DNA of 64,000 nt, from the NCBI GenBank assembly GCA_947456435.1, contig CANGSG010000001.1, positions 207 through 64,206 of the forward strand, read 5' to 3'. The translations under genes were made by a program, and so were the position numbers. The notes under the pieces were generated by a model, which saw only the letters and a list, made by a program, of their open reading frames with translations, searched no databases and was not told the origin of the DNA. Below, piece after piece: positions 33,084-44,866 of the stretch. Each line of letters begins with the position of its first letter. Position 1 is the first letter of the stretch. Source of the stretch: Hyphomicrobiales bacterium (lineage in GTDB: Bacteria > Pseudomonadota > Alphaproteobacteria > Rhizobiales > Beijerinckiaceae).

Positions 33084-33671
33084 ATGAGAACGGCCAGCAT
33101 AAAGCGCAAGACGGGTGAAACGGATATTTCCGTATCCATCGCCCTCGACGGAAGCGGCGACGCCCAAATTTCGACGGGAGTCGGTTTTCTCGACCATATG
33201 CTTACGCTTTTTGCCCGCCATGGCCTATTTAACGTGACCGTGTCCTGTAAAGGCGATCTGGAAGTCGACCAGCACCATTCGGTCGAAGATATCGGCATTG
33301 CGCTTGGCCAAGCCTTTCGGGAAGCGCTTGGCGACAAAAAAGGTATTACCCGTTACGCCCACTCCTACCTCCCCATGGATGAAACACTCTCACGGGTGGC
33401 GGTTGACGTTTCAGGGCGGCCCTTTCTGGTATTTCGAACCGAGTTCGAGCGCGAAAAAATTGGCGAATTCGATACCGAGTTGGTTCGGGAATGGTTTCAG
33501 GCTTTTGCCATCAATGCCGGCATCACGCTTCATGTTGAAACTCTTTACGGCTTGAACGCGCATCATATTGCGGAAAGCTGCTTTAAGGGGTTGGCGCGCG
33601 CCCTCCGCGGAGCCGTCAGCATTGACGCGCGGGAAAAGGACCGGATTCCTTCGACCAAAGGCGTTCTTTAA
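33084..33671 (+). CDS. hisB: imidazoleglycerol-phosphate dehydratase
   Basis: [20 protein letters not shown] motifs, 195 aa. Confidence 0.95.
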   Translation: MRTASIKRKTGETDISVSIALDGSGDAQISTGVGFLDHMLTLFARHGLFNVTVSCKGDLEVDQHHSVEDIGIALGQAFREALGDKKGITRYAHSYLPMDETLSRVAVDVSGRPFLVFRTEFEREKIGEFDTELVREWFQAFAINAGITLHVETLYGLNAHHIAESCFKGLARALRGAVSIDAREKDRIPSTKGVL

Positions 33672-33696
33672 AACCATACCCTCTTGGATAGGGAAA

Positions 33697-34170
33697 ATGA
33701 CGACTTATTCGGTCTATCTTCACCCTTCGCTCGCCTATACGCGCGAAAATCTCGCCGAACGAAGCCGCCTCGTGCCGGATAAGTTTAGCTGGGGCGGATT
33801 TGTGGTGCCGTTGCTCTGGCTTGGTTTCAACCGCCTATGGCTCAACGCGCTGTTCGTTTTGGTTTTCGAAGTTGCTTTAACTCTCGGCGTTTCCCGCTTG
33901 GGGCTTCCGCAGGGCGTGACACTGACTGGCGGCCTAATAGTTATGGGTTTTGTAGGGCTTGAAGGACGGAAATGGCTTTGCGCCGGTCTGGAGCGACGCG
34001 GCTTTCGGCTGATTGATATTGTCGAGGCGCATTCACCCGATGAGGCCCTCCACCGCCTCCTTGACCAGAGCCAAGAAGCTGATTTGGTGACACCGACAGC
34101 TTCCAGCCCGCGCGCACCTCAAAGTCGTGGTGTCATTGGCCTATTCCCCGGTCCGGATTCCCGACCATGA
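33697..34170 (+). CDS. DUF2628 membrane protein (conserved insert between hisB and hisH)
   Basis: Start moved to ATG 33697. Two TM helices ([19 protein letters not shown]...). The position between hisB and hisH is typical for alphaproteobacteria. Confidence 0.7.
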   Translation: MTTYSVYLHPSLAYTRENLAERSRLVPDKFSWGGFVVPLLWLGFNRLWLNALFVLVFEVALTLGVSRLGLPQGVTLTGGLIVMGFVGLEGRKWLCAGLERRGFRLIDIVEAHSPDEALHRLLDQSQEADLVTPTASSPRAPQSRGVIGLFPGPDSRP

Positions 34171-34808
34171 AGACCGTGATCATTGATTATGGCTCGGGTA
34201 ATCTGCACTCCGCGCAAAAAGCCTTTGAACAAGCGGCACGCCTTGAAAGCATCACGGCTGAGATTCTTGTGACATCCGACCCCGAAGCGGTACGGAAAGC
34301 CGATCGTGTCGTGTTGCCCGGCGTGGGTGCGTTTGCTGATTGCCGCCGAGGGCTCGATGCTGTGCCCGGCATGATCGAAGCGATGACCGAAGCCGTCTTT
34401 CAAAATGCACGCCCCTTTCTCGGGATCTGTGTGGGGATGCAGCTTCTGGCCGAACGCGGTCTTGAATATGAAACCAGTCGCGGATTGGGTTGGATCGCGG
34501 GTGATACTGTGCGGATCGAACCTCGTGATCCCGCGCTCAAAATCCCACATATGGGATGGAACACTTTGTCACGAAAGCGCGCGCATCATTTGCTTGAAGG
34601 AATTCCCGAAAGTCTTCACGCCTATTTTGTGCATTCCTATCATTTGAAAACAACAAACCCATCCGACATCGTTGCTACGACCGATTATGGCGGCGAACTG
34701 ACGGCGCTTGTGGCGCGTGATACAATTGCCGGCACGCAATTTCATCCGGAAAAAAGTCAAAAGCTGGGTCTCGCTTTGATCGCCAATTTTTTGAGGTGGG
34801 CACCGTGA
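34167..34808 (+). CDS. hisH: imidazole glycerol phosphate synthase, glutamine amidotransferase subunit
   Basis: [25 protein letters not shown] motifs. ATGA overlap with the preceding gene. Confidence 0.95.
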   Translation: MKTVIIDYGSGNLHSAQKAFEQAARLESITAEILVTSDPEAVRKADRVVLPGVGAFADCRRGLDAVPGMIEAMTEAVFQNARPFLGICVGMQLLAERGLEYETSRGLGWIAGDTVRIEPRDPALKIPHMGWNTLSRKRAHHLLEGIPESLHAYFVHSYHLKTTNPSDIVATTDYGGELTALVARDTIAGTQFHPEKSQKLGLALIANFLRWAP

Positions 34809-35554
34809 TTCTTTTTCCTGCAATCGATCTCAAAGAAGGGCGCTGTGTTCGTCTAATTCAGGGCGACATGGATCAAGCCACGATCTTCAATGATGATCCT
34901 GCTGATCAAGCCAAGCAATTTGAAGATCAAGGCTTCGAATGGCTACACATCGTCGATCTCGACGGCGCCTTTGCTGGTAAGCCGATGAATTCCGACGCTA
35001 TCCGCGCGATAACGGGACAGATCAAAATCCCGATCCAGCTTGGTGGCGGTATTCGCACGATGAAGACCGTTGAGAATTGGCTTGATCACGGAATCACCCG
35101 CGTGATCATAGGAACAGCGGCAGTGAAAGATCCGGCTTTTGTAAGAGAAGCAGCGCGTAATTTTTCCGGTTCTATCGCCGTAGGCATAGATGCGCGCGAC
35201 GGACGAGTGGCTGTCGACGGCTGGGCACAACTTTCGGAAATGTCATCCATCGAACTTGGCCAACGATTCCAAGATGCCGGTGTGTCGGCAATTATCTATA
35301 CCGATATTTCACGAGACGGACTGCTAAAGGGCCTTAACATTGAGTCAACACTTGCTTTAGCGCATGCCCTCACCATTCCCGTCATTGCTTCGGGTGGACT
35401 CGCTTCGCTTGACGATATTGAGCGTTTGACGAAATCTGATTGTGCAATTCTGGAAGGCGCTATAACGGGCCGCGCGCTTTATGATGGTCGCCTTGATGCG
35501 AAGGCCGCGCTCGCTCTCATTAATGCGCGTAAGAGAGATCAAGATCATGCTTAA
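34805..35554 (+). CDS. hisA: ProFAR isomerase (1-(5-phosphoribosyl)-5-[(5-phosphoribosylamino)methylideneamino]imidazole-4-carboxamide isomerase)
   Basis: [23 protein letters not shown] 34805 overlaps the hisH stop (GTGA). Confidence 0.95.
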   Translation: MILFPAIDLKEGRCVRLIQGDMDQATIFNDDPADQAKQFEDQGFEWLHIVDLDGAFAGKPMNSDAIRAITGQIKIPIQLGGGIRTMKTVENWLDHGITRVIIGTAAVKDPAFVREAARNFSGSIAVGIDARDGRVAVDGWAQLSEMSSIELGQRFQDAGVSAIIYTDISRDGLLKGLNIESTLALAHALTIPVIASGGLASLDDIERLTKSDCAILEGAITGRALYDGRLDAKAALALINARKRDQDHA

Positions 35555-36320
35555 AAAGCGCGTGATTCCTTGCCTTGATGTAAAAGACGGTCGTGTCGTC
35601 AAAGGCGTTCAATTTGTCGATCTCGTTGATGCCGGTGACCCCGTACAATCCGCGTTGGCCTATGATGCGGCCGGCGCTGATGAATTATGTTTTCTTGATA
35701 TCACAGCAAGCCACGAAGACCGCGGAATTTTAATGGATGTGGTTCAACGCACAGCAGAAGCGTGTTTCATGCCTTTGACCGTTGGTGGTGGCGTAAGAAC
35801 GGTTGAAGATATTAGAAATCTCCTCCTCGCCGGAGCAGATAAAGTTTCAATCATGACCGCGGCCGTCAAAGATCGGAATTTTGTAAAAGAAGCAGCTACT
35901 AAATTTGGTAGTCAATGTATCGTAGTCGCTATTGATGCCAAGCGCGTTACTGCAGAAGGCGAGGCGCCGCGTTGGGAAATTTTTACCCATGGTGGGCGTA
36001 AAGAAACAGGAATCAATGCGCTTGACTATGCACGCGAAGTTACAGCGCTCGGCGCCGGTGAACTTTTGCTGACATCAATGGATCGCGACGGAACAAAGTC
36101 TGGCTATGATATCGAGTTAACACGGGTGATTTCAGACTCGGTTTCGGTGCCCGTGATTGCTTCGGGTGGTGTCGGCACTTTGCAGCATATGGTGGAAGGC
36201 ATTCGTGATGGACATGCGAGTGCTGTCCTGGCGGCCTCTATTTTTCATTTTGGTGAATTTTCAATTCGAGAAGCGAAACAGGCGCTCGCTCAAGCAGGGC
36301 TTTCGGTGAGGATGGATTAA
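35547..36320 (+). CDS. hisF: imidazole glycerol phosphate synthase, cyclase subunit
   Basis: [23 protein letters not shown] 35547 overlaps the hisA end by 8 nt. Confidence 0.97.
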   Translation: MLKKRVIPCLDVKDGRVVKGVQFVDLVDAGDPVQSALAYDAAGADELCFLDITASHEDRGILMDVVQRTAEACFMPLTVGGGVRTVEDIRNLLLAGADKVSIMTAAVKDRNFVKEAATKFGSQCIVVAIDAKRVTAEGEAPRWEIFTHGGRKETGINALDYAREVTALGAGELLLTSMDRDGTKSGYDIELTRVISDSVSVPVIASGGVGTLQHMVEGIRDGHASAVLAASIFHFGEFSIREAKQALAQAGLSVRMD

Positions 36321-36644
36321 ATGACCACATTCACTCTGACTGATCTCGAAAAAATTATTGAAGAGCGTTCTCAAGCTTCAAGTGAGGAGTCTTATACGGC
36401 TAAGTTATTCAGTAAAGGAATTGCCTATTCCTCGAAGAAACTTGGCGAAGAAGCGGTGGAGGCAATAATCGCTGCTAACCGCGGTGATAGAGCCGAGTTA
36501 ACGAAGGAGAGCGCGGACCTTCTTTATCACCTTCTTGTTGTTCTTCGTGCAAGTCACATTTCGATCAATGATGTTATGGCCGTTTTGGAAGAACGAACAC
36601 GGCAATCAGGCTTAGCTGAAAAAGCGTCGCGGACAGAAAATTAA
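36321..36644 (+). CDS. hisE: phosphoribosyl-ATP pyrophosphatase
   Basis: 107 aa with SYT.KL......K...K.GEEA.E........D...L..E.ADLLYH..V. Confidence 0.9.
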   Translation: MTTFTLTDLEKIIEERSQASSEESYTAKLFSKGIAYSSKKLGEEAVEAIIAANRGDRAELTKESADLLYHLLVVLRASHISINDVMAVLEERTRQSGLAEKASRTEN

Positions 36645-36653
36645 AAGATAATC

Positions 36654-37631
36654 ATGAGCCAAGACCTAAGCCCCTCTGAACTCGCGATGCTTGAAGACGA
36701 TCTGTCGCCCTATAGAATTTTTAGCCGTGATGAATGGGCGACGCTAAGAGCCGACACTCCCATGACTCTTACAGTTGAGGATTTGCAGAAACTTCAATCG
36801 CTTAATGATCCTATTTCATTAGAAGACGTCATCGCAATTTATCTACCACTCTCGCGTTTGTTGTCGCTCTATGTCGCGGCGACCCAAGGTCTTTTCAAAG
36901 CAACACAAAGATTTCTTCTCGCAGAAGACGGCAAGGTTCCTTATGTCATCGGGATTGCGGGATCGGTGAGTGCGGGTAAATCGACAACGGCACGTGTTCT
37001 GAAGGCGTTATTATCGCGCTGGCCTAACACGCCTAAAGTGGAACTTGTTACAACAGACGGTTTTTTGCTTCCAAACGCTGCGCTTGATGCTGAAGGGCTC
37101 ATGGAGCGTAAAGGTTTTCCCGAAAGCTATGACGGTACATCACTCATAAAATTTCTGACAGACGTTAAAGCTGGAAAACGTCACGTCGAAGCACCGGTCT
37201 ATTCGCATCTTGTATATGATGTTGTACCGGGTGAAACCGTATCTGTTGATCGACCCGACATTTTGATCGTCGAAGGCCTCAATGTTCTCCTGCCTAATCG
37301 GTTACAGAAATTAGGCAAGCCGATTCCCTTCGTTTCTGATTTTTTTGATTTCTCGATTTATCTCGACGCGCATGAAGCCGATCTTGAGCGCTGGTATGTC
37401 GATCGCTTTATGCGATTGAGAGATACTGCGTTTCGCGATCCGAGAAGCTTTTTTAAAAAATATGCTGAGTTAAGCGATGTAGACGCGGAAAAGATGGCGC
37501 TTGGTATTTGGAATCGAATCAATCTTCCCAATTTACGTGAGAATATTCTACCTACGCGTCCCCGTGCTGATCTTGTTCTGACCAAAGGATCCCAGCACCG
37601 GATTGAGACGGTTGCCCTTAGGAAATTGTAA
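36654..37631 (+). CDS. coaA: type I pantothenate kinase
   Basis: [22 protein letters not shown]-loop, 325 aa. Confidence 0.9.
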   Translation: MSQDLSPSELAMLEDDLSPYRIFSRDEWATLRADTPMTLTVEDLQKLQSLNDPISLEDVIAIYLPLSRLLSLYVAATQGLFKATQRFLLAEDGKVPYVIGIAGSVSAGKSTTARVLKALLSRWPNTPKVELVTTDGFLLPNAALDAEGLMERKGFPESYDGTSLIKFLTDVKAGKRHVEAPVYSHLVYDVVPGETVSVDRPDILIVEGLNVLLPNRLQKLGKPIPFVSDFFDFSIYLDAHEADLERWYVDRFMRLRDTAFRDPRSFFKKYAELSDVDAEKMALGIWNRINLPNLRENILPTRPRADLVLTKGSQHRIETVALRKL

Positions 37632-38622
37632 TTCCGTTTTCACCTGCAAGATCCCGCAGTCGGGCTTCAGGGCGCGCACCTATATGTTGAATGACTTCCG
37701 CTGCCGCAATGGATCCCAATCGCGCTGCTTCACGGTGATTAAGGCCGCGCGCATGACCCAACAAGAATCCGGCTGCAAATAAATCACCCGCTCCTGTCGT
37801 ATCAACGAGTTTATCAATGGGTTGGGCTGGGACAGCATGGGTATCATTTTGATCAATTACAATTGAACCGGCGGATGAGCGCGTAACGACCGCCATAGGG
37901 CCTTCATTCCGAAGTGCGGTAACGGCGCTATCAAAATCAGACGTTGTGTAGAGGCTTTTGAGTTCATGCTCATTGGCGAGCAAGATATCAATCGTTCCAT
38001 CTGTAATCAGCGCACGGAATTCATCACGGTAGCGATCAACACAGAAACTGTCAGACAAAGTGAGGGCAACTTTGCGACCCGCAGCATGGGCGATCGTTGC
38101 CGCTTTACGAAAGGCAGCCTTCGCATCTTCAGGATCCCAAAGATAGCCTTCGAAATAGGAGATCGATGACGCTTGAACAGTAGCAGGGTCGATGTCATCG
38201 GGGCCGAGATACAAACAGGCGCCTAGAAATGTATTCATCGTCCGTTCGCCATCCGGCGTTACCAGGATAAAGCTCCGTGCTGTTGCAAGGCCTGCGGATG
38301 CTGGCTTGGTTTCGAAGTGCACGCCAATCGCTCGTATATCATGCGTGAAGGCCTGCCCGAGTGAGTCACTGCGGACTTTGCCAATGAATGATGCCGACCC
38401 GCCCAGTGAGGCAATACCGACAACAGTGTTGGCGGCGGAGCCGCCTGAAATAATGGTTGCCGGACCCATAGATTGATAAAGCTTTTCAGCTTGAACTTCG
38501 TCGATCAGCCGCATCGACCCTTTGGCGAGATCATGTGAAAGTAAAAAATCGTCTTCGGTGAAAGCGATCACATCGACAATCGCATTACCAATTCCCAGGA
38601 CGTCATATTTTGAGGAAGCCAT
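37618..38622 (-). CDS. PfkB-family kinase, probably adenosine kinase
   Basis: [14 protein letters not shown]-terminus and DTTGAGD PfkB motif. ATG 38622 is preferred over the track TTG 38625. Confidence 0.75.
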   Translation of the reverse strand: MASSKYDVLGIGNAIVDVIAFTEDDFLLSHDLAKGSMRLIDEVQAEKLYQSMGPATIISGGSAANTVVGIASLGGSASFIGKVRSDSLGQAFTHDIRAIGVHFETKPASAGLATARSFILVTPDGERTMNTFLGACLYLGPDDIDPATVQASSISYFEGYLWDPEDAKAAFRKAATIAHAAGRKVALTLSDSFCVDRYRDEFRALITDGTIDILLANEHELKSLYTTSDFDSAVTALRNEGPMAVVTRSSAGSIVIDQNDTHAVPAQPIDKLVDTTGAGDLFAAGFLLGHARGLNHREAARLGSIAAAEVIQHIGARPEARLRDLAGENGITIS

Positions 38623-38678
38623 CAATCATCACCCGAATCTTTACACGTCAGGTGATGTGAAGAGGGGCGCCTCATCCG

Positions 38679-39050
38679 TCAAGTGCGATTTCGATCACGT
38701 GCCTTGTTCAACACTTGGAGAAGAGCCGCAAGGTCTTCATCCGTCAGTGTACCGATGTCGCGCGACAGGCGGTTAGCAAGTTCTGTCGCCTTTGGTGAAA
38801 GGCCTGATGTGCGTAGAGTTATTCGTGGGTCTGACAAATCAGCAAGTCTCTGCAATTCGTCAGCCTCGTCCCAAATAATATTGAAATAATGGATGACGCG
38901 CTGAACAAAACTCCAATTGGGGCGCGAACGATGGCCATGCTCCAAGGCTGACAGATAGGTGCTAGTGACTCCCAGAGCGACAGCCATGTCTTTCAATTGA
39001 AGACCGCGCTCTTCCCGGAGCGCACGCAGTCTCTCTCCGAACGGGGTCAC
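38679..39050 (-). CDS. XRE-family helix-turn-helix protein
   Basis: FGERLRALREERGLQLKDMAVALGVTSTYLSALEHG HTH. GTG start overlaps the Smr stop (GTGA). Confidence 0.75.
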   Translation of the reverse strand: MTPFGERLRALREERGLQLKDMAVALGVTSTYLSALEHGHRSRPNWSFVQRVIHYFNIIWDEADELQRLADLSDPRITLRTSGLSPKATELANRLSRDIGTLTDEDLAALLQVLNKARDRNRT

Positions 39051-39649
39051 GGCGTCTCGCTCCGAGTCGCCCGGCGGATTCTCACATAGAGGGCGCCCGA
39101 ACCCCCGTGATGCTGGGCTGCCGGCTCAAAGCCGATTACACAGGGGCGCAAATCCGGCATGCGGAGCCAATGCGGGACTGTCCGTCGCAAAACGCCGCGT
39201 TCCTCACCCGAGCCCGTATCCTGAACGCCTGATGCGCCTTTGCCTGTAACGACCAATATGACTGAGGCGCCTTGGCGCTGAGCCGCATAGACAAAGCGAC
39301 GCAAAGCTTCGTGCGCTTCAGTCTGCCTCATCCCGTGCAAATCGATGACCGCATCGATTGGGTGAGCGCCTCGCGACAATCTTTGGCGAAGGCGGCGCTC
39401 GAGCGGCGCGAGAGGTGGTAATTCATTTTTGTTGCGCTGCACAATTTCATTTTTTTGCGCAACATAAGATGCAGCAATTTTTAGTTCATCGCCCGATTTC
39501 GCAGCAATGACCGTTGAGGACTGAGGGATGGTTTGGTCCGGTTCGGCGGGTCGGTGCTTGGTAAGCGGCTGAATATGGTTTGTGACGTGAGCCCACAAAG
39601 CAGTCTCATCAGCCGTCAAAATCCGCTTTTTTCGTTCGCCGAACGACAT
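39047..39649 (-). CDS. Smr (MutS2 C-terminal-like) domain protein
   Basis: IDLHGMRQTEAHEALRRFV......G....LVVTGKG is the Smr signature. Confidence 0.8.
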   Translation of the reverse strand: MSFGERKKRILTADETALWAHVTNHIQPLTKHRPAEPDQTIPQSSTVIAAKSGDELKIAASYVAQKNEIVQRNKNELPPLAPLERRLRQRLSRGAHPIDAVIDLHGMRQTEAHEALRRFVYAAQRQGASVILVVTGKGASGVQDTGSGEERGVLRRTVPHWLRMPDLRPCVIGFEPAAQHHGGSGALYVRIRRATRSETP

Positions 39650-39652
39650 ACT

Positions 39653-40756
39653 TTACGCCTTTGGCATCAAAACAACGAAATCACCGGGGTGACGGATCAA
39701 TCCGGCATGATGTCCCGCCAACGCGCCTGAGCCCATGAAAAGATCGGCGCGCGCGGCGCCCAGAATGGCCGATCCTGTATCTTGCGCAACCATCAACCGA
39801 GAGAAATCAACGAGATTGCCTGTATCGTCCGGCAATTGCGCGCGAATGTAGAAAGGTAGCCCATAACACCATTGGTGACGGTCAACGGCAATCGAACGGC
39901 CAGCCGTTAGCGGAAGCGACGCCGCACCAATGGGCCCGTCCTCTTCCGCCAAATCTTCTGAAAGGGAAAAAAAGATATAGGAGCGGTTGAGACGCATGAT
40001 TCTATTTGCGTCTTTTGGATTTTCACGCAGCCACGCCTTCAAAGAACCGAGATTGATGTCTTCAAGCGCCATGTGGCCTTCGTCGCGGATGACCCGCGCG
40101 ATGGTTGTGTAGGAATGACCGTTGCGCCCTGCATAAATCAGTCTTTTGAGGCGGCCATCTGACAGACGGACCCGAGCCGATCCCTGAACTTGCGCAAAAA
40201 AGAGCTCAACCCGGTCGGGTAGATAGATCAGCTCAAGTGACTGATCTCGAAGCGCACCATCTTCAATGGCAGCGCGATCAAAATAGGGCTCAAGTCCAGC
40301 TGTAGTTTGGCGTGCAGCGGAAAGGCCGAGAGTTGCAAGCTCACCAGGCGCTTGATCGCCATGAAAACTCACGAGATCGTGGGGTCGGCCGAGAACCGGA
40401 ATTGGGAATTCGGCACTTTGTGTCAGCGATCCGGAAATTTCCGGTTCGTAATATCCCGTCAAAAAACCCCGACCCTGATGAGGCCTCACAAAATAGGGTG
40501 CAAATCTTGTCTCAAAAAAGAGACGCGGGTCTGAATTGGCGTGTTCAAGCGCCTGTTCCGCAAAGCGTCGAAAAGAGCCTGGAATTGGACGAGCGGGACG
40601 TAAATCGTTTCGCGCGTCGATTACCGCCGCAGCTGATTTCAAAAATGTTTCAAATGCAGCGCGATGATCATCCTGAGCCCAACCTTCGAGAAAATCGAAG
40701 CTTGTGGGCTCAAGATCAGCGTCTGATAGAGCGCAATAGGAACTTATATCACTCAC
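39653..40756 (-). CDS. mltA: membrane-bound lytic murein transglycosylase A
   Basis: MltA-specific and 3D domains (TGYYEPE, VAQDTGSAI.G..RADLF.G). Confidence 0.85.
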   Translation of the reverse strand: MSDISSYCALSDADLEPTSFDFLEGWAQDDHRAAFETFLKSAAAVIDARNDLRPARPIPGSFRRFAEQALEHANSDPRLFFETRFAPYFVRPHQGRGFLTGYYEPEISGSLTQSAEFPIPVLGRPHDLVSFHGDQAPGELATLGLSAARQTTAGLEPYFDRAAIEDGALRDQSLELIYLPDRVELFFAQVQGSARVRLSDGRLKRLIYAGRNGHSYTTIARVIRDEGHMALEDINLGSLKAWLRENPKDANRIMRLNRSYIFFSLSEDLAEEDGPIGAASLPLTAGRSIAVDRHQWCYGLPFYIRAQLPDDTGNLVDFSRLMVAQDTGSAILGAARADLFMGSGALAGHHAGLIRHPGDFVVLMPKA

Positions 40757-41451
40757 TGGGCCGCTTCAGTTGCAATCAATTTCCAGGCCGGATCACGACT
40801 GCCCACATCGCGAGCGAAAGTCCAAACATCATTGACGTCAATCACCTTATCGGTTGCGCCCTCAATGATTTCGCCTTTGGCGTCTCTTGTCGCCGTAATT
40901 AGTTTTGAGAGGAATTTAACAGTGATCTGAATTGATTTGCCCCTGATTTGGGCGTCCTTTATCTCAACTTTATCGAGACCCACAAAAGTTGTTTCGACAG
41001 TTTCGCCCTTACTCTCGCGATCAGCGATGGCGCCGGTAAAGCTCTCAAAGACGTCCCTTGAAAGAAGATCTTTCAAAGTTGAGCGATCGCCGGCGGCAAA
41101 GGCAAGAACGATGGCCTCATAAGCGGCACGACCGCCCAAGATAAAATGACGCGCGTCGAAACTAGGCTCTGCTTCAACCACACGATCAAGCGCTTCAGCC
41201 AAAGGTGTTTCCGGTTCGGCAATGCCCCGCCATCTTGCCGGATCGGCAGCTGGCTTCACTTCACCTTCAATAAGTTTTTCGTCATCAGGAGTTGTATCGA
41301 CGGGCTTTGCCGCCGACACGGGACGAAAGCGCGAAACCGTCGGTTCGCCATCACGCTCGGTCCGCGTTCCTAGAACACTATAAAGGCGCCAGCCAACAAA
41401 AGCGGCGAGAACCAGAAAGACAATTACCGACAGGTCGAAACCGTCCTGCAT
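40753..41451 (-). CDS. Tim44-like domain membrane protein
   Basis: N-terminal TM helix with a C-terminal Tim44-like fold region (VWTF.R......P.W.L), divergent from secB as in other alphaproteobacteria. Confidence 0.8.
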   Translation of the reverse strand: MQDGFDLSVIVFLVLAAFVGWRLYSVLGTRTERDGEPTVSRFRPVSAAKPVDTTPDDEKLIEGEVKPAADPARWRGIAEPETPLAEALDRVVEAEPSFDARHFILGGRAAYEAIVLAFAAGDRSTLKDLLSRDVFESFTGAIADRESKGETVETTFVGLDKVEIKDAQIRGKSIQITVKFLSKLITATRDAKGEIIEGATDKVIDVNDVWTFARDVGSRDPAWKLIATEAAQ

Positions 41452-41635
41452 ATTTTTTTCTCCAAACTTGTTCTGGCGGCCACGTTGTTAAGCTTTCTAT
41501 ATGGGTAGATATAGTAAAAATGCAAAAAATCAGGAGTTGACCCGCGACCTAAAATCGCATCTTGGTCGAATTTAGGCTGAAAACCGTTCTAAATTTTGGG
41601 AAGTTTACCACTTTTTCCCATGGGAGATTTCATTC

Positions 41636-42094
41636 ATGACCGAAACGACACAAGCCGCATTGCCTAGTCTAACCGCACTCGGCCAATACATTAAGGATTT
41701 CTCCTTTGAGAACCCAAATGCACCAGGGTCGCTCGCGCCACGCGAGTCGGGTCCAAGCATTTCAATTTCGGTCAATGTGAATGCAAAACAACCCGGTGAG
41801 GTCGATTTCGAAGTTGAATTGACGCTCGAAGGTAAGGCGCTTGACGGCGAACAAACGCTCTTTCAGTTCGAGCTTGTCTTTGCCGGATTATTCCGCATCC
41901 AAAATATTCCGGCTGAAAATATTCAGGCCGTTGTCATGATCGAATGCCCGCGTCTTCTGTTCCCCTTCGCCAGACAAATCGTGGCGGATGCGGTGAGAAA
42001 TGGTGGCTTCCCGCCGCTTTTAATCGATCCTATCGATTTCGCAGCGCTCTACCGCCAAAGATTAGCGCAGATGGAGCCGGCTGGCACAGCTTGA
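41636..42094 (+). CDS. secB: protein-export chaperone SecB
   Basis: [14 protein letters not shown]...[15 protein letters not shown]....GGFPPL.I.PIDF. GGGAGA lies 8 nt upstream of the ATG. Confidence 0.9.
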   Translation: MTETTQAALPSLTALGQYIKDFSFENPNAPGSLAPRESGPSISISVNVNAKQPGEVDFEVELTLEGKALDGEQTLFQFELVFAGLFRIQNIPAENIQAVVMIECPRLLFPFARQIVADAVRNGGFPPLLIDPIDFAALYRQRLAQMEPAGTA

Positions 42095-42099
42095 TCGTT

Positions 42100-42813
42100 T
42101 CAAGGCCCGGTTTTTGGTCGGATATAATCGTTCCAAATAATTGCCGACCCAAATCCGGAAATGAATTCGGCATGCCTATCGAGATCGTCAGGTAATAAGC
42201 GATCAGGAAGCGCTCGCGGACGCGCACCGGCTTTTCCGCGCTCAATGGAAACAGATTGAGCAAGTACTTTCGTTTCAATCGAAAGGCCTAGATCTTTTTG
42301 TCGCCCGCCCAAGAGCTCAATATAGACTTCAGCGAGAATTTCGGCATCAAGCAAGGCGCCATGTTTCGTGCGGCGTGAATTATCGATCTGTAATCTTTGG
42401 CAAAGCGCATCAAGGCTATTTGGTCCGAACGGAAATTTACGACGCGCAATGATCAGCGTATCGATAATACGCTCAGAAATAATTTCACTACGACCTACAC
42501 GGGAAAGCTCAGCGTTGATAAAGCCGAGATCGAATGACGCATTGTGAGCGACAAGCTTTGCGTCGCCAATGAAATCTTCGAAGGACTCAGCAATATCTGT
42601 AAAGAGGGGCTTATCGCTGAGAAATTCATTTGACAGGCCGTGAACGCGAAACGCGGCGTCAGGCATATCGCGCTCAGGATTCAAATAGACGTGAAATGTC
42701 TGGCCCGTTGGGACATAATCAACAAGCTCGACGCAACCGATTTCTACGACCCTATCACCACCCAGCGGGTTCAAACCAGTTGTTTCAGTATCAAAAACAA
42801 TCTCACGCATCAT
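42100..42813 (-). CDS. dnaQ: DNA polymerase III subunit epsilon
   Basis: REIVFDTETTGL (Exo I), VAHNASFD (Exo II), HGALLDAE.LAEVY (Exo III). Confidence 0.9.
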   Translation of the reverse strand: MMREIVFDTETTGLNPLGGDRVVEIGCVELVDYVPTGQTFHVYLNPERDMPDAAFRVHGLSNEFLSDKPLFTDIAESFEDFIGDAKLVAHNASFDLGFINAELSRVGRSEIISERIIDTLIIARRKFPFGPNSLDALCQRLQIDNSRRTKHGALLDAEILAEVYIELLGGRQKDLGLSIETKVLAQSVSIERGKAGARPRALPDRLLPDDLDRHAEFISGFGSAIIWNDYIRPKTGP

Positions 42814-42816
42814 AGT

Positions 42817-43401
42817 TTAAGAACGCCCCGATAAAGCCTTCAGAATAGATAAAACTTGACGTTCAGCATGCGGAATATTTTGACTCGTGTCGATGACAAA
42901 TTGTGCCCTTTGCCGCTTTTCAACATCGGGAACCTGGCGGGTAAGAAGCGCCTCCATCTTTTCAACCGTCATACCTTCGCGCGCTAAAACTCGTTCTCTC
43001 TGAGTTTTCGCATCTGTCGAGACCACGACGACAGCATTGCATATAAGATCTTTTGCATTTTCGAAAAGAAGAGGGATGTCGAGAACAACAATCGGCGAAT
43101 TAAAATGACGCTTTAAAAACCGTTCTTGTTCTTCCTGCACAACGGGATGAACAATAGATTCAAGTTGTTTCAATTTATCTGGATGACCAATTACCTGGGC
43201 TGCTAATTTTGAGCGGTCGACAACGCCGCTATCTGTAGAGCCGGGAAACGCATCTTCAATAAGGGGTACAAGCCGACCTCGATAAAGATCATGAACGGTT
43301 TGATCGGCATCATAAACCGGTATGCCGTGCTTCTTAAACAAAGCAGCGGTCGTTGATTTACCCATGCCAATGGAACCGGTAAGGCCCAAAATGAATGTCA
43401 T
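42817..43401 (-). CDS. coaE: dephospho-CoA kinase
   Basis: ILGLTGSIGMGKST P-loop, 194 aa. Confidence 0.9.
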   Translation of the reverse strand: MTFILGLTGSIGMGKSTTAALFKKHGIPVYDADQTVHDLYRGRLVPLIEDAFPGSTDSGVVDRSKLAAQVIGHPDKLKQLESIVHPVVQEEQERFLKRHFNSPIVVLDIPLLFENAKDLICNAVVVVSTDAKTQRERVLAREGMTVEKMEALLTRQVPDVEKRQRAQFVIDTSQNIPHAERQVLSILKALSGRS

Positions 43402-44255
43402 GGGTTTGCCCGCATGATATCTGCTTCAATCATCTCTCGAAGCTCAGCCGTGACACGGGGCCGTTGACCAAACCAATGCTCAAAACCTGGAACAGCTTGA
43501 TGCAACAACATCCCCAAGCCATCGACAATTGATAGACCTTGATTTTGAGCTTTGTTCAGGAAACTTGTAATCAACGGAACATAAACAATATCTGTCACAA
43601 GGGCATTATGGCTCACTCTTGATAGATCAAGATCAAGCGGGGGTTGGCCTTTCATACCTAAGGAGGTTGTGTTCACGATAAAAGTGGCCTGGTCCAGGGC
43701 GGCCGATATGTTATCGAAAGATTGCGTCTCAATAGATGCAGAGAATCGTTGGGCTAATTGTTCTGCTTTTCCAATCGTTCTATTGACGATAACAATTTTA
43801 GACGCTCGTCTTTCGCATAGACCTTGAACAATTGCGGCGGCCGCTCCTCCCGCGCCTATGATGACTGCTTTATCGAGTTTCTGATCCCAGCCGGGCGCTT
43901 TTTCGTCAAGATTAAACAGAAAGCCCTCAATATCCGTATTGTCCGCGTGAAGTTTTCCCTTTTCATACCATAGGGTGTTTGCAGCACGGAGCTTATCCGC
44001 GCGTTCCGTTTTCACATCAGCAAGTTGATAGGCTAGTTCTTTGTTCGGCAAAGTGACATTGCAACCGACAAAGCCTCTTGTTGCCATAGTGCGTATGAAT
44101 TCGGGAAAGACGTCCGGAGGCGTATCAACGCGATCATAATGGCCTTTGATATTCAAAAGTTTGAGCCAATAATTATGGATCATAGGTGATCGCGAATGCG
44201 CAATCGGGTGACCTGTTACGCAGGCGCGCGGCCCTTTGGTCAAAAGGTCAGACAT
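43398..44255 (-). CDS. aroE: shikimate dehydrogenase
   Basis: GHPIAHSRSP.IHN, NVT.P.K, GAGGAA motifs. Confidence 0.9.
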   Translation of the reverse strand: MSDLLTKGPRACVTGHPIAHSRSPMIHNYWLKLLNIKGHYDRVDTPPDVFPEFIRTMATRGFVGCNVTLPNKELAYQLADVKTERADKLRAANTLWYEKGKLHADNTDIEGFLFNLDEKAPGWDQKLDKAVIIGAGGAAAAIVQGLCERRASKIVIVNRTIGKAEQLAQRFSASIETQSFDNISAALDQATFIVNTTSLGMKGQPPLDLDLSRVSHNALVTDIVYVPLITSFLNKAQNQGLSIVDGLGMLLHQAVPGFEHWFGQRPRVTAELREMIEADIMRANP

Positions 44256-44866
44256 CCGGCGCTCCTAAAAAATTTTATTATTTGATCCAGTGGCAAGCCA
44301 AGAATGACATCATCTCGACCATCTACGCGCTCAAACAAATGACGTCCTAAACCCTCATATTGATAGGATCCAACGCATTGAAAAATATGGTCACCGGCGA
44401 GCTGACAATAATCTCGAATATTATCACTCGATAATGTACGCATAGTCAGTGTCGCCGTTTCGATCATTAAACACTGCGTTTCGCCGCCTCTTACGATCGC
44501 CGCTGCTGAATGAAGCTGATGTTGCTTTCCTGCCATTGAGAATAATTGCTGTTGGGCATCGATACTTGATTTCACTTTATGCAAAATTTGATCTTCAAAT
44601 TCGAGTATTTGATCCGCGCCGATCACCCATGCCTCGGAATTAGTTTTACTCACAGCGCGTGCCTTTGCTTCAGCTAAAGCAAGCCCAATTCTTTTCGGAG
44701 TTTTATCGGCTGGGCTTAAGTGAGCTTCGATTTGACGTTCGTCAATTTTGGCGGTTTGAACATCAAAGATAAATCCTACTTTATTTAAGAGCTCTGCACG
44801 GATGGTGCTCTGAGACGCGAGTATCAAAGGATCCCTTGCAGACCAAATTGTATCTAAATTGGTCAT
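44240..44866 (-). CDS. maf: Maf-like nucleoside triphosphate pyrophosphatase
   Basis: LILASQS..R.ELL and GAD motifs, 208 aa. Confidence 0.85.
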   Translation of the reverse strand: MTNLDTIWSARDPLILASQSTIRAELLNKVGFIFDVQTAKIDERQIEAHLSPADKTPKRIGLALAEAKARAVSKTNSEAWVIGADQILEFEDQILHKVKSSIDAQQQLFSMAGKQHQLHSAAAIVRGGETQCLMIETATLTMRTLSSDNIRDYCQLAGDHIFQCVGSYQYEGLGRHLFERVDGRDDVILGLPLDQIIKFFRSAGCLTF

